Part shown: one piece after another, positions 10,564 to 20,238 of the stretch | Numbering within the stretch: position 1 is the first letter of the stretch | How the letters are laid out: each line of letters starts with the position of its first letter | Source of the DNA: an uncultured Methanosarcinaceae archaeon | Lineage (GTDB): Archaea; Halobacteriota; Methanosarcinia; Methanosarcinales; Methanosarcinaceae | Assembly (NCBI GenBank): GCA_963847185.1 | Contig: CAWJYV010000008.1 | Coordinates: 544,001 to 608,000, forward strand | Direction: 5' to 3' | DNA: 64,000 nucleotides | The notes under the pieces: generated by a model | The model's database searches: none | What the model saw: the letters and a program-made list of their open reading frames with translations, nothing else | What the model was told of the DNA's origin: nothing | Translations under genes and position numbers: made by a program

Positions 10564-11988
10564 ATGACGAAAAGAAATTATGCAACCGTAAACCCCTGTG
10601 TCATGTGCCAGCCCATGGGAAGTGCCCTTGCTTTCAAGGGGATTGAAAATACCATGGTCCTCTATCACGGTTCTCAGGGATGCAGTACCTATATGCGTCT
10701 GCACCTTGCCCACCATTTCAGAGAACCAGTAGACATTGCATCAAGCTCCCTGAGTGAAAAGGGAGCAGTCTACGGAGGCAGGGAAAGCCTGAAAAAAGGA
10801 TTGAGAAACGTCATCAACAGGTACAAACCTAAAGTGATAGGTGTCGCTACTACCTGTCTTGCCGAAACTATAGGAGATGACGTTCCTGCAATAATAAGAG
10901 AATTCAAAGAAGAGGAAGAAATCGGAGACGATCCTGAAAAAGATATTATAATCATTCCGGTTTCCACCCCCAGCTACGGGGAAAGCCATGTAAGCGGGTA
11001 CATAAAAGCCCTGGATGCAGTTGTCAGAAAATTTGCGGAAAAGTCTGAAGAAGAAGGATTCATAAAAATCCCAAATGGAAAACTCAATCTCATTCCCGTT
11101 GAAAGCCTTTCCCCTGCCGATGTAAGGGAACTCAAAGAGATTCTTGAGCTTATGGCTAAAGATTATATCTTCCTGCCAGATATTTCCGAGACCTTTGACG
11201 CCCCACTGAGAGACGATCTTCCGAAAATCGCCCCAGGCGGTACGAAACTCTCCGAAGTTGAAGATATGCCGAACAGCCGTGCAAGCCTTGGCCTGGGTGT
11301 AGTAAGTAAAAACCTGGCCCTGGAATATCTGGAAGAATCACGTTGCGTACCCGGACACAGTGTTCCAATCCCAATAGGGCTTTCAAACACTGACAGTTTC
11401 TTTACTGAAATGGTCAAAATTCTGGGATGCTCTATTCCAGAGAAATACCAGAAAGAAAGGGGAAGGCTGCTTGATGCTATGGTAGATGTGCACAAATACC
11501 TCTACGGTGTAAAAGCAGCAGTCTACGGAGACCCGGATACTGTATTCAGTCTCACGACCTTCATGCTCGAACTCGGGATGAACCCGGTGTTAGTAGCTAC
11601 CGGAAGCAAGAGCAGGGATTTTGGAGCGAAAATCAGGCAGATATTCGAAGAGATAAGACCGGAACTGGAACCTGTGATTCTGAACGGAATTGATTTTGAT
11701 ACTCTCAATGATGCTGTCAGCGAATGCAGTCCTGAAATCTTGATCGGAAACTCAAATGGGAGATACATTGCCAAAGCCAGAGATATTCCTCTTGTAAGGG
11801 TTGGTCTTCCAATTCATGACAGGGTAGGAGCACAGCGTATCCTTACTGTCGGATACAAAGGATCCCTGGAACTGCTGGACAGGATCACAAATACTATTCT
11901 TGAAGCTACTGATACCTTCACCGCACCGGTACAGGCAGAACCGGCAGCATATACCGGGATGGGAACTGAAGAGAAATGCATGGAATGA
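10564..11988 (+). CDS. nifN: FeMo-cofactor scaffold NifN
   Basis: NPCVMCQPMG, HGSQGC and HFREP motifs; NifK paralogue. Confidence 0.95.
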   Translation: MTKRNYATVNPCVMCQPMGSALAFKGIENTMVLYHGSQGCSTYMRLHLAHHFREPVDIASSSLSEKGAVYGGRESLKKGLRNVINRYKPKVIGVATTCLAETIGDDVPAIIREFKEEEEIGDDPEKDIIIIPVSTPSYGESHVSGYIKALDAVVRKFAEKSEEEGFIKIPNGKLNLIPVESLSPADVRELKEILELMAKDYIFLPDISETFDAPLRDDLPKIAPGGTKLSEVEDMPNSRASLGLGVVSKNLALEYLEESRCVPGHSVPIPIGLSNTDSFFTEMVKILGCSIPEKYQKERGRLLDAMVDVHKYLYGVKAAVYGDPDTVFSLTTFMLELGMNPVLVATGSKSRDFGAKIRQIFEEIRPELEPVILNGIDFDTLNDAVSECSPEILIGNSNGRYIAKARDIPLVRVGLPIHDRVGAQRILTVGYKGSLELLDRITNTILEATDTFTAPVQAEPAAYTGMGTEEKCME

Positions 11989-12142
11989 ACGTAACGAATG
12001 GAAAAAACTGATTTCCTGTAAAATACGGATTTAAAACACCATAAAAAGAGATTAAAAGAACTATTAAAACTGAAAAGCCCTATAAAGGATAAAAACGCAG
12101 GATTTGACCAGGACAGAACCTGAAAACTCGAGAAGGAATTTG

Positions 12143-12808
12143 ATGGAAACGCTTCAATCGGTCATGAGTCCTCTCATGCTTACTCTCAAGATTGCCTCAA
12201 TTTCAACCGTTTTTGTGACGGTGCTGGGCATTCTGATTGCCTATGTGCTGGCAAAAAGAGAGTTTACTGGAAGATGGCTGGCTGATGCGCTCATAACTCT
12301 TCCGATAGTTTTACCTCCAACCGTTACAGGATATATCCTGGTTCTCCTTCTGGGAAAAAATGGGGTCTTTGGGAGCATATTTTCCAAAATTACCGGGAGC
12401 GGGATTCTCTTTACCTGGCAGGCGGCTGCAATTGCAGCCTTTGTGGTATCCTTGCCAATGATGATAAAGACTGCCACTTCAGCTATAGGAGCAGTTGACA
12501 GAAACGTTGAGGAAGCTTCCAGTATTCTCGGGAGGAGCGAGTTAGAAACTGCGCTCTTTATAACCCTCCCCCTTGCAAAAAAAGGCATTATTGCAGGCTG
12601 CATCCTGAGTTTTGCAAGGGCTGTAGGAGAGTTCGGAGCGACCCTGATGGTCGCAGGAAATATCCCGGGAAAAACCAGTACCATGCCTCTTTCTATTTAC
12701 GGGGCATACCAATCAGGAAATAACGAACTTGCAAATCTGCTCGTGCTTGTACTGGTTGTCATATCGCTTATAACTATTGCAGCTACCAGTAAACTGGGAG
12801 AACGATAA
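12143..12808 (+). CDS. modB: Molybdate ABC transporter permease
   Basis: LPIVLPPTVTG and FARAVGEFGAT motifs. Start placed at ATG 12143 after AGAAGGA; the ORF track starts at 12104. Confidence 0.92.
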   Translation: METLQSVMSPLMLTLKIASISTVFVTVLGILIAYVLAKREFTGRWLADALITLPIVLPPTVTGYILVLLLGKNGVFGSIFSKITGSGILFTWQAAAIAAFVVSLPMMIKTATSAIGAVDRNVEEASSILGRSELETALFITLPLAKKGIIAGCILSFARAVGEFGATLMVAGNIPGKTSTMPLSIYGAYQSGNNELANLLVLVLVVISLITIAATSKLGER

Positions 12809-12834
12809 AAAGAGAGTTAGGGTGAGAGTAAGGA

Positions 12835-13962
12835 ATGCCTGTTGAAGTTGACATTGAAAAGGAATTCTGCAGAAAGAAACATATAAAAAAGAAGGGAAAA
12901 AATCCCAGCTTTTCAATGCATTGTAGCTTTGATGCCGATTCCGATTTCGTGGTCCTGTTCGGCTGTTCCGGCTCAGGTAAAACCACAGCTCTCCGCTGCA
13001 TTGCAGGGCTTGAAAAACCGGATGCAGGAACCATAAAAATAAACAACACTGTGTACTTTGACAGCAGGAAGAAAATAAACCTGCCTCCACAGAAACGGAA
13101 AATAGGATACATGTTCCAGGAAAATGCCCTTTTTCCACACATGAATGTCCGACAAAATATAGAGTTCGGACTCAAAGGCCTGAGTTCTCCTGCAAAAGTC
13201 GAAAGGGTGAACGAGATGCTTGGCCTCGTGGGAATCGAGGAACTTGAGTTTTCCTATCCCGACGAACTTTCCGGTGGCCAGAAGCAAAAAGTAGCCCTTG
13301 CAAGAGCTCTTGCTCCAGATCCGGAAGTACTGCTCCTTGACGAGCCCTTTTCAGCTCTGGATACGGTCGTCCGTCTGAAATTGAGGAAAGAGCTGCAAAC
13401 AATCCAGAAAAAAATGGGAATTCCTGTGATCTTTATAACCCATGACCCTGTCGAAGCCTTCACCATGGCAGACAGGATGGTAGTGTTTGACAATGGAAAA
13501 GTACAGCAATTTGGCTCACCTGAGGATGTATTTTATCACCCTAAAACCCGCTATGTAGCAGAACTTGTGGGTTTTTCAAACCTCTTTGACGATGCCGTGA
13601 TTGAAGGACATGGAAACGGAGGCGAGTGTACTTTCCTCTGGTCTCTGGGAACTGAAATTACTGCTCCCTATATCAGGCGGATGGCAGGGGATAAAGTCAG
13701 CTGGGGGATCAGGCCCGAAAATATCGAAATCCTGGACAGCGGAAATGTCCATGCAATCCGAAAAGAGAGGAAAAACCTGCTTGACGGTGTGGTAAGGAAC
13801 GTTGTTAACAAAGGCAGCAGCCGGATCATGTCAATGAAATTGAAAGACAGTGGGGTTTTCCTGAATGTTGAAATTACGAACCATATTTTTGACTCATTAA
13901 AAATAGATACCGGAGACGAATGTATGGTAAGAATAAGGCCCTCGGATATGATTGTCTTTTAA
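12835..13962 (+). CDS. modC: Molybdate ABC transporter ATP-binding protein
   Basis: GCSGSGKTT, LSGGQKQ and LLLDEPFSALD motifs, with a TOBE-like C-terminus. Confidence 0.9.
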   Translation: MPVEVDIEKEFCRKKHIKKKGKNPSFSMHCSFDADSDFVVLFGCSGSGKTTALRCIAGLEKPDAGTIKINNTVYFDSRKKINLPPQKRKIGYMFQENALFPHMNVRQNIEFGLKGLSSPAKVERVNEMLGLVGIEELEFSYPDELSGGQKQKVALARALAPDPEVLLLDEPFSALDTVVRLKLRKELQTIQKKMGIPVIFITHDPVEAFTMADRMVVFDNGKVQQFGSPEDVFYHPKTRYVAELVGFSNLFDDAVIEGHGNGGECTFLWSLGTEITAPYIRRMAGDKVSWGIRPENIEILDSGNVHAIRKERKNLLDGVVRNVVNKGSSRIMSMKLKDSGVFLNVEITNHIFDSLKIDTGDECMVRIRPSDMIVF

Positions 13963-13964
13963 CT

Positions 13965-14193
13965 CCCGAATTGCCGCCCGAATTGCCGCCCGAATTGCGC
14001 CTCGGGAGTACGCGGTCCTTTTCGCTTCGCTCAAGAAGACAAAATTATGGCTTAGAATCCGCGTTCCGCGTCAGGAGCCTAGTTCCTTTTCTGGATCACA
14101 GGAAATCAGAGATTTTCTGGGAGTGCGATGTAATCGCAACACGGTCCTTTCACTTGCTTTGCTCAAGAGGACTATTTTATTGTTTAGAGTAGT
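13965..14193 (+). repeat. Pair of dispersed intergenic repeat elements (core GGTCCTTT..CTTCGCTCAAGA.GAC) preceded by CCCGAATTGCCG x~3
   Basis: Two related copies at about 13989-14040 and 14140-14193; their reverse complements match 49008-49058 and 49100-49172. Confidence 0.75.
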
Positions 14194-14433
14194 GGGGTGG
14201 TCCTCCGAATCAAACAGCTCGGATTATTATGGAACGAAAATTTCCACCGGATACTTTGATGAGAAGGCCCCCTTGTAATCCAGGCACAGATGTCCTGTGC
14301 CATGTGCAAATGTTTATCTTTTTTTGAAGTTTCGGTACGAGTGATCTGTTTTCCGGTCGCATCCGTCCGACCACATCCATATATGTTGAGACACTCTGCA
14401 CAAACGCAGTCAGTAGCTCATGGTTATGCTGTT

Positions 14434-16596
14434 TTACCCCAATTGGTTGGTCTGATCCAGGTCCTCGATATAGGTTCCCGCCCCAAGCCACCAGTTCTCG
14501 TCTACCTTCTGGACGTAGCTCATCTTTGGTTCAAGGGTCATATTGCGGGCAGGGTTGTAGTAATGGTAGAAAATGAACCCTCCTCCCTGCTGTGCCAGGA
14601 AGATCTCAACGCGAGTGTAATTCACTCCATAGGGATCCTGGAGCCCGGAGAGGTCCGTTCCGATCAACTGGGGCTGATAGGGGAGAGCCAAGGTCGTTCC
14701 GTTATAATCGAAGGCATAGACATAGAGATTACCGCGGATGAACATTCCGTTCTGATCATTGAACTCCGCGATCGCGGCATCCTTTCCGTTCTTATTGGAA
14801 TACGCAATAGCCTCTCCAACAAAGGATTTAAGGCTCTCTCTTGCCTGGGGGTCCGTTCCTGTCCTCACGATCGGTGAATCCTCCTGTGGCTCGTAGATAC
14901 CGGCTCCGATGATCCAGCTCTGGTTCATCATCATCAAGTAGCTGAGTTTTTGTTTTACCGTGAAGTTGTCTGCAGGGTCTGCATAGAGATATCTGACGAA
15001 GCCTCCACCGGACTGCGCGGTGGAGATCAAATCCTGAATATATGCGGTGCCGTTCGCATCCGTGTTATTCCACCGGTTAGTCCCGAGAAGCTCGGGCTGG
15101 AAGGGTAGAGCCAGCGTGGTGCCTTTGGTGTCATATGCGAAGATATAAAGCTCACCATCGACGAATTGGCCAGTCTGGTTGTTGAATTCACGAAGAGCGG
15201 CTTCCTGTCCGTGTACGTGCGCATATTCGAAGGCTTTCTCGACAAATGCTACGAGTTCCTCTGGAGATACAGTGGAGTTATTAGTGGAACTGTTAGTCGG
15301 CACCGGCGTGGAGATTGGCGTTGCTTCCGATTGGTTCTGGCAACTCTCGTAATTACCACTGCACACAATGTAGGAATTACCATCGCTTCCCTGGGTTAGT
15401 CGGTAGTAAGTGGTTTTATTGTACAGATTCGTCTTGACTGGATGCATATAGACATAATCTACCCAGCCAGTCCCATTCTTCATTGCTTCTGCATAAATTT
15501 CATCACGGTACGGTTTACCTGTAACATCTGTTTTGCCCTTGACGTTAGTGCCGACAAGCCGAATGTTGTCTGCATTAGCAACAACGGTCATATTTGTATC
15601 GTACACGAAGACGTAGAGGCCCCGGTCCTTCGGGTTTCGATATGGCGCTTCGGCTGCATTGATGCGTCGGAACGTATCAGAAGCGTTCTTCTCGATTGCT
15701 GTGGATGTTGTGTTCACAAGCTCCATCACCGTGTCATTAGTGAATGTTTGTCGGGCACATCCTACTCCGAGATTCCGGTAGATAATCCGCTCATAATCGC
15801 TGACGCCCGCAGCGTCCTTTTCCTGTTTGATGGTATCGAGAGCCTGCTGGAAGGACTGGACGACTGAATCAGGAACGTCTTTATTGAAAGCATAGTAAAT
15901 ATCCTGGGTCTCTAATTGATACACAACAGTGTAGGTGTAATAGTTCCCGGTTACCTGTTTGGTGAAGTACCTCCCTGCATCCTCAGGACATGCCCAGAGG
16001 TCGATCTCACCATTCTCGAGTCTGGTGATGATTGTAGATATATTGTTTTCGGGAATTATCTGACTCTGATTCACCCCAATGTCGAGCAGTTGCTGGATCG
16101 CTACATCGTCAGTGATCACCCCGATCCTGTACCCCTTCAGATCTTCGGGGCTCCCTATCGTGATTCCCTGGTTTCGTTTGGCAAAGAGGACCTCTTTATC
16201 TGTATAGATAGGCCCGGCCCATTTGAAGGACTGCTCCCGTTCGGGAGTCCTTGCCATACTAAAGAGAACTGTACCATTCCGGGTGAGGGCAGCTTGATAT
16301 CCCTCAGCCCAGGGTACGATGTGTACTTCCTCCCGCGTTACTTTCTTCCCCATCTTCTTGGTGATCACTTCAAGTAGATCAACGGAGACACCTTTCAGCG
16401 TACCATTTTCCATGTAGTTATAGGGCGGCAGCTGTTCGGTATAGTATGTCAGATTGGCCGATGCCAGGTCGGTGGACATCGTGTCGGCTCTTAGATCTGC
16501 AGATGCAGCTTCAGGTTCTGAAATGCATCCGGCAGCTAGTGTCACGAGCAGTACTGCAATAAGAATAGTATAGATGTATCGTAGAGATAGAGGCAT
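14434..16596 (-). CDS. Lipoprotein: family-3 solute-binding domain plus three single-Cache domains
   Basis: LAAGC lipobox; YTEQLPPYNY...PW...RTPEREQSFKWAGP solute-binding domain; three repeats of LY(V/I)(F/Y)xxDxxxT...D.xG...GxG(W/F)xxYxY. Confidence 0.8.
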   Translation of the reverse strand: MPLSLRYIYTILIAVLLVTLAAGCISEPEAASADLRADTMSTDLASANLTYYTEQLPPYNYMENGTLKGVSVDLLEVITKKMGKKVTREEVHIVPWAEGYQAALTRNGTVLFSMARTPEREQSFKWAGPIYTDKEVLFAKRNQGITIGSPEDLKGYRIGVITDDVAIQQLLDIGVNQSQIIPENNISTIITRLENGEIDLWACPEDAGRYFTKQVTGNYYTYTVVYQLETQDIYYAFNKDVPDSVVQSFQQALDTIKQEKDAAGVSDYERIIYRNLGVGCARQTFTNDTVMELVNTTSTAIEKNASDTFRRINAAEAPYRNPKDRGLYVFVYDTNMTVVANADNIRLVGTNVKGKTDVTGKPYRDEIYAEAMKNGTGWVDYVYMHPVKTNLYNKTTYYRLTQGSDGNSYIVCSGNYESCQNQSEATPISTPVPTNSSTNNSTVSPEELVAFVEKAFEYAHVHGQEAALREFNNQTGQFVDGELYIFAYDTKGTTLALPFQPELLGTNRWNNTDANGTAYIQDLISTAQSGGGFVRYLYADPADNFTVKQKLSYLMMMNQSWIIGAGIYEPQEDSPIVRTGTDPQARESLKSFVGEAIAYSNKNGKDAAIAEFNDQNGMFIRGNLYVYAFDYNGTTLALPYQPQLIGTDLSGLQDPYGVNYTRVEIFLAQQGGGFIFYHYYNPARNMTLEPKMSYVQKVDENWWLGAGTYIEDLDQTNQLG

Positions 16597-17203
16597 GAAA
16601 AGAGTCTACTATCAAAGTATAAATATTGGTGCTAAATATTGATATTCGTCTACATTTGAAAAAAGATGCTTTTTTGAAGGGGGGAACGACGAAAATCGGA
16701 GTCTGCAATATCTCGCGGAAAGATATTTTCGAAAAAAAAGTATATTTTCAGCCCTCATTATTAAATTCCTGAGCTAATATATCGAGCGGCAGAGGAGATG
16801 TGACAGGAGCCCTAAAATTTGTAAGTTATAGAGGAACTGAGCTTAAGAGAACTAATAAGGATAAATTACGAATCTTGCACATAAAACCTTATTTGCTTTA
16901 CCGAACCGTTCTTGTCACGCTCGACGAAGGAGAGCGGCCTTTTCCGCAATAAAGAGAAAAACAGAGTTTTATTGTTTTTTGTTGCTCTTTTAAGCTTTTT
17001 TTCTCTTATTCTACTTCGCTCTTCTTTTTTAGTTATTTCTTCTACCTCTTTCTTCTTTTTGGGAGAGGCGCCTCCAGACAAGCTGGCGGAGTACTTATAC
17101 AATCCGTAGGTTTAAAACCGGTTTATGGGCTCAGTAAACGACTCTTATATCCTTGTTTTTACATTGAATCTGATTTGTCACTCTCATCTAACTTTCATCA
17201 ATA

Positions 17204-18085
17204 TTATTCTCTTTTTACAGCTTTCAGAACAATTGCTCCGTCCATAGCTTCGGTTTCCACACTGAAACCCACATCTTCAAAAAGCTCTCTCCATGCAGCC
17301 TCCGAAAGTTGAGGGCCATGATGATGTTGATGTGCCAGCGGTTCAACTGCAGTTAATACCCCACCTTTTTTCAACGCTCTCTTAATTTCGAAAAGCGCGA
17401 ACTTAATATCTTCAAGGTGATGGAGCATGAAAAAACAGGTAACATTGTCCACAGAGCTCTTTTCAAAAGGCAGGGCATAGGCACTTCCGGTCCTGAACTC
17501 AATGTTATGCACCCCGAGAACTTCTGCATTCATCTGTGACTGGCCTGTAAGGGACTCATGGAGGTCAATACCGTAAACCTGTGAATCGGAATTATTTTTT
17601 GCAAGCTCCATTGTAAGGCTCCCGAAACCGCTGCCAACATCAAGGATAGTATCTCCTTTTATTCCGCGAAGCACAACAGGCAGAACCTTCGCCCTAACAT
17701 TGGCCATACGATCTTCAGGAAACTTTGCTTTCTCCGCTTTTTCCGTATCTACTGAAGTAAAAGGAAGAATGGAATAGACTTTTGATCCATTGGCTGCCAT
17801 CAGACCTTTTACATAAACGTTTTCGTTTTCGGCCGCAACCAGTTCCACAATAGAAACTCCAAGATCCCCGCAAAAACGCAGGTTCCACTCTTCCCTCTTT
17901 TCAGGATACTGGATATTGAGAGGAGTATGTACTATAATGTAATGAGAGTACTCCGGCTTGAAGTACGCAGATACAGACTCAGGTTCCATCAAGCAGATTT
18001 CACTGATACTCTCCCTGAAGAGAGCAAGAATTTGGAGAGAAGCTTCATCAGCCTTGTTTATTATACTTCCGATTTCTTCGAACAT
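17204..18085 (-). CDS. Class I SAM-dependent methyltransferase with an N-terminal extension
   Basis: ILDVGSGFG, GIDL, LPF and LHHLED...LKKGG motifs. Confidence 0.88.
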   Translation of the reverse strand: MFEEIGSIINKADEASLQILALFRESISEICLMEPESVSAYFKPEYSHYIIVHTPLNIQYPEKREEWNLRFCGDLGVSIVELVAAENENVYVKGLMAANGSKVYSILPFTSVDTEKAEKAKFPEDRMANVRAKVLPVVLRGIKGDTILDVGSGFGSLTMELAKNNSDSQVYGIDLHESLTGQSQMNAEVLGVHNIEFRTGSAYALPFEKSSVDNVTCFFMLHHLEDIKFALFEIKRALKKGGVLTAVEPLAHQHHHGPQLSEAAWRELFEDVGFSVETEAMDGAIVLKAVKRE

Positions 18086-18210
18086 GCTTCTGAATTTGCT
18101 TTAGAAGAATAAAAGCTCTCTTACCCGAAATTTGTGAGGCGAGTAGCGACAACGCCAGATACTCCAAATAGCCCTAAACTGTATAAATATTTATTAACTA
18201 AATGGGTAAT

Positions 18211-18252
18211 TTTAAATAGTATAGAGTAGGATAGAGGATACCTATTGGTGGT
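18211..18252 (+). promoter_or_regulatory. glnK promoter TATA box with ACC-N7-GGT operator
   Basis: TTTAAATA at 18211-18218 and ACC-TATTGGT-GGT at 18240-18252; same 21-bp spacing as at nifH. Confidence 0.65.
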
Positions 18253-18256
18253 CACG

Positions 18257-18601
18257 ATGAAGTACGTAATTGCGATGATAAGGCCAGAAAGGCTTGATGC
18301 AGTCAAAAGAGAACTTCAGAAAATTGAAGTAAACAGATTGACAGTATCATCCGTTTCAGGTTATGGTGCTCAAAAAGGATATCTGGAAATCTATAGAGCG
18401 ATGGAATATGATGCAAACTTACTTGAAAAAATCAAGATTGAAATCGCTGTGAATGATGAATTCTTGGAGCCAACAATTGAGGCAATAAAAACTGGAGCAA
18501 AAGGCAGTGACGGTTATGTCGGAAGCGGAAAGATCTTCGTGCTGCCACTTGAAAATGTAATAAGGATCCGTACGAACGAAACCGGACATGAGGCAATTTG
18601 A
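18257..18601 (+). CDS. glnK: PII nitrogen regulatory protein GlnK
   Basis: MKYVIAMIRPERL, GYGAQKG, GSGKIFV and IRIRTNETG motifs; lies upstream of amtB. Confidence 0.95.
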   Translation: MKYVIAMIRPERLDAVKRELQKIEVNRLTVSSVSGYGAQKGYLEIYRAMEYDANLLEKIKIEIAVNDEFLEPTIEAIKTGAKGSDGYVGSGKIFVLPLENVIRIRTNETGHEAI

Positions 18602-18605
18602 GGGG

Positions 18606-19805
18606 ATGGAGATGGCTATAAACGGCGCAGACACTGTATGGGTATTGATTTCGTCAGCATTAGTACTATTAATGGTTCCTGCACTTGCCCTTTTCTATGG
18701 AGGGCTTGTCCAGCGTAAAAACGTCCTGAGCAGCATGATGCACTCATTTGTTGCAATGGGCGTTCTGGCTCTGGAATGGGTGATAATAGGTTACTCCCTT
18801 GCCTTTTCAGAAGGCAACTGGTTTGTGGGTGGCATTGGAAACGCATTCTTAAAAGGGATTGATCCTTATTCCGTAACCGGTACGATCCCAACTTATGCAT
18901 TTGTTGCATTCCAGGGAATGTTCGCAATAATTACTCCAGCACTTATATCAGGTGCCATTGTAGGACGTGTGAAGTTTAAATCTTACATCGCATTCATCTT
19001 ACTCTGGGGACTTGTAGTTTATGCACCAGTATGTCACTGGGTATGGGGGGGCGGATTCCTTACCGGAGAAGCCCTCGACTTTGCAGGTGGTACTGTAGTC
19101 CACATAACTGCAGGTATGTCCTCACTTGCAATATTGGCCTACCTTGGTAAGAGGAGGGGATATGGAGTTGATTCACTAAAGCCCCACAACGTTACTCTGA
19201 CCCTCCTTGGAGCCGGACTCCTCTGGTTCGGATGGTTCGGATTCAACGCAGGTTCAGCTCTTGCTGCAAATGAAATCGCAACCCTTGCATTCATAACGAC
19301 GTTAATAGCTCCCGCAGCTGCAGGATTTATCTGGATGTCGCTGGAATGGGTACACTTAGGGCGTCCTACTGCTCTGGGATTTGCAACTGGAGTCCTGGCA
19401 GGCCTAGTAGGAATAACGCCTGCAGCAGGATTTGTAACTCCTATGGCAGCAATTGCAATAGGTTCAATTGCAAGCTTCATATGTTATCAGGCTGTGATGT
19501 TCAAAAACAAGTTAGGATATGATGATTCGCTTGATGCCTTTGGAGTTCACGGTGTAGGTGGAATAGTCGGTGCGATATTAACCGGTGTATATGCAAGTGT
19601 TGGAGGCGAAGGTCTCCTTCTTGGAAACTCTGCCCAGTTGATGATTCAGCTTGAAGGTGTAGTTCTCACAATCGTATACGCAATGGCCTGCACCCTGCTT
19701 ATAGGATTTGTACTTCACAAGACGATAGGACTCAAAGTTACTGAAAGTGAAGAACTTATCGGGCTTGACAAGACCCAGCATGGTGAAGCAGCTTACAACC
19801 TCTGA
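18606..19805 (+). CDS. amtB: Ammonium transporter
   Basis: DFAGGTVVH, LLWFGWFGFNAGS and DDSLDAFGVHG motifs. Start is 18606 or 18612. Confidence 0.97.
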   Translation: MEMAINGADTVWVLISSALVLLMVPALALFYGGLVQRKNVLSSMMHSFVAMGVLALEWVIIGYSLAFSEGNWFVGGIGNAFLKGIDPYSVTGTIPTYAFVAFQGMFAIITPALISGAIVGRVKFKSYIAFILLWGLVVYAPVCHWVWGGGFLTGEALDFAGGTVVHITAGMSSLAILAYLGKRRGYGVDSLKPHNVTLTLLGAGLLWFGWFGFNAGSALAANEIATLAFITTLIAPAAAGFIWMSLEWVHLGRPTALGFATGVLAGLVGITPAAGFVTPMAAIAIGSIASFICYQAVMFKNKLGYDDSLDAFGVHGVGGIVGAILTGVYASVGGEGLLLGNSAQLMIQLEGVVLTIVYAMACTLLIGFVLHKTIGLKVTESEELIGLDKTQHGEAAYNL

Positions 19806-19892
19806 GTAAAGGTAATACCTTTACCGTTTCAATTTTTAAGTTTAAACTTAGATTAGTTTCATGAGTAGAAAAAATCTATTTCATGAAACTAA
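19806..19892 (+). terminator. Two hairpins downstream of amtB
   Basis: GTAAAGGTA-A-TACCTTTAC followed by a T-rich tract, then TTAGTTTCATGA...TCATGAAACTAA (19853-19892). Confidence 0.5.
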
Positions 19893-20011
19893 TGCATCTT
19901 CCCTAAAGATAATACATTCAACAAAAGTAATGTATTTTCCCTAAAGATAATACATTCAACAAGACTTAATGCATTTTTCCTAAAGATAATACATTCAACA
20001 AAAATTAATGT
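19890..20011. repeat. Tandem repeat, ~38-39-bp unit x3 (core CCTAAAGATAATACATTCAACAA)
   Basis: Three exact copies of the core joined by near-identical linkers. Confidence 0.9.
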
Positions 20012-20238
20012 AACTTCTAAAAGTAATGAGTAATTTATAAGACTAATAATTTTTCCTGAAAACTTCTACTTTTTCAGCATTTATGAGCCTTTAGGGGGCC
20101 ATTTCTATCCAGAGGATAATTATTAATTGCTTTTTTACGTATTTCAAAAGGTAGAAAACATTAAATAAGATAATCTAGGGAGGAGGTTAGAGATTGGAGA
20201 TTTTCTAGTTCTCATATAAAAATAAGAAGGATGGCCAG

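Noticed and set aside
16800-17109. Short ORFs between the Cache protein and the methyltransferase
   Set aside because: Low-complexity or motif-free, with no convincing start context.
19890-20011. Mini-CRISPR
   Set aside because: The linkers are ~15 bp and nearly identical, so this is a tandem repeat.
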